Virus record (IMG/VR): IMGVR_UViG_3300021400_001346
Span: 32,001 to 96,000 of that record
Length of the DNA stretch: 64,000 bases
Reading direction: 5' to 3' (one strand)
Origin: a virus
Lineage: Duplodnaviria > Caudoviricetes
Shown here: one piece after another, positions 64,000 through 64,000 of the stretch
How positions within the stretch are numbered: position 1 is the first letter of the stretch
How the letters are laid out: every line of letters starts with the position of its first letter
Made by a program: the position numbers and the translations under genes
The notes under the pieces: model-generated
Database searches by the model: none
What the model saw: the letters and a program-made list of their open reading frames with translations, nothing else
Told to the model about the DNA's origin: nothing

Positions 64000-64000
64000 A

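Noticed and set aside
1-64000. Retron, DGR, integrase or lysis cassette
   Set aside because: No reverse transcriptase, recombinase, holin or endolysin was recognised in this window; they may lie elsewhere in the genome

Overview
A 64-kb segment of a large tailed (siphovirus-like) phage, probably infecting an anaerobic low-GC Firmicute/Bacilli-type host (inferred from sigma-A-type promoters and class III RNR). TGA is read as a sense codon, most likely Trp. By hand I found 40 in-frame TGAs that join ORF-track fragments into 16 full-length genes, including TerL, portal, protease, tape measure and tail tip. The replication block dnaE to gyrB (about 55 Trp codons) has none. Layout: (1) 1-6.4 kb, minus strand: small genes, an RpoD-like sigma factor, and two promoter-to-terminator non-coding structured transcripts of about 0.7 and 1.5 kb, the larger with degenerate tRNA-like domains. 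(2) 6.4-12.35 kb, minus strand: a putative pre-early module (PD-(D/E)XK-like nuclease, P-loop kinase, 5'-nucleotidase, DEDDh exonuclease, winged-helix protein). It carries 50 co-oriented AGACGG motifs about every 100 bp, locked 23 nt upstream of the -35 box in 9 promoters, and ends at a poly-G tract that may be the genome end. (3) 13.8-44.1 kb, plus strand: packaging, head and tail genes with an nrdH-nrdD-nrdG island inserted. (4) 44.1-64 kb, minus strand: replication genes (DnaQ-like, DnaE, RecJ, primase, DnaB, SSAP, SSB, GyrA/GyrB) and a collagen-like fibre. The best candidates for an undescribed system are the AGACGG-marked nuclease module with its winged-helix paralogue family and the large ncRNAs. 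All calls come from reading the sequence by eye; no searches were run.
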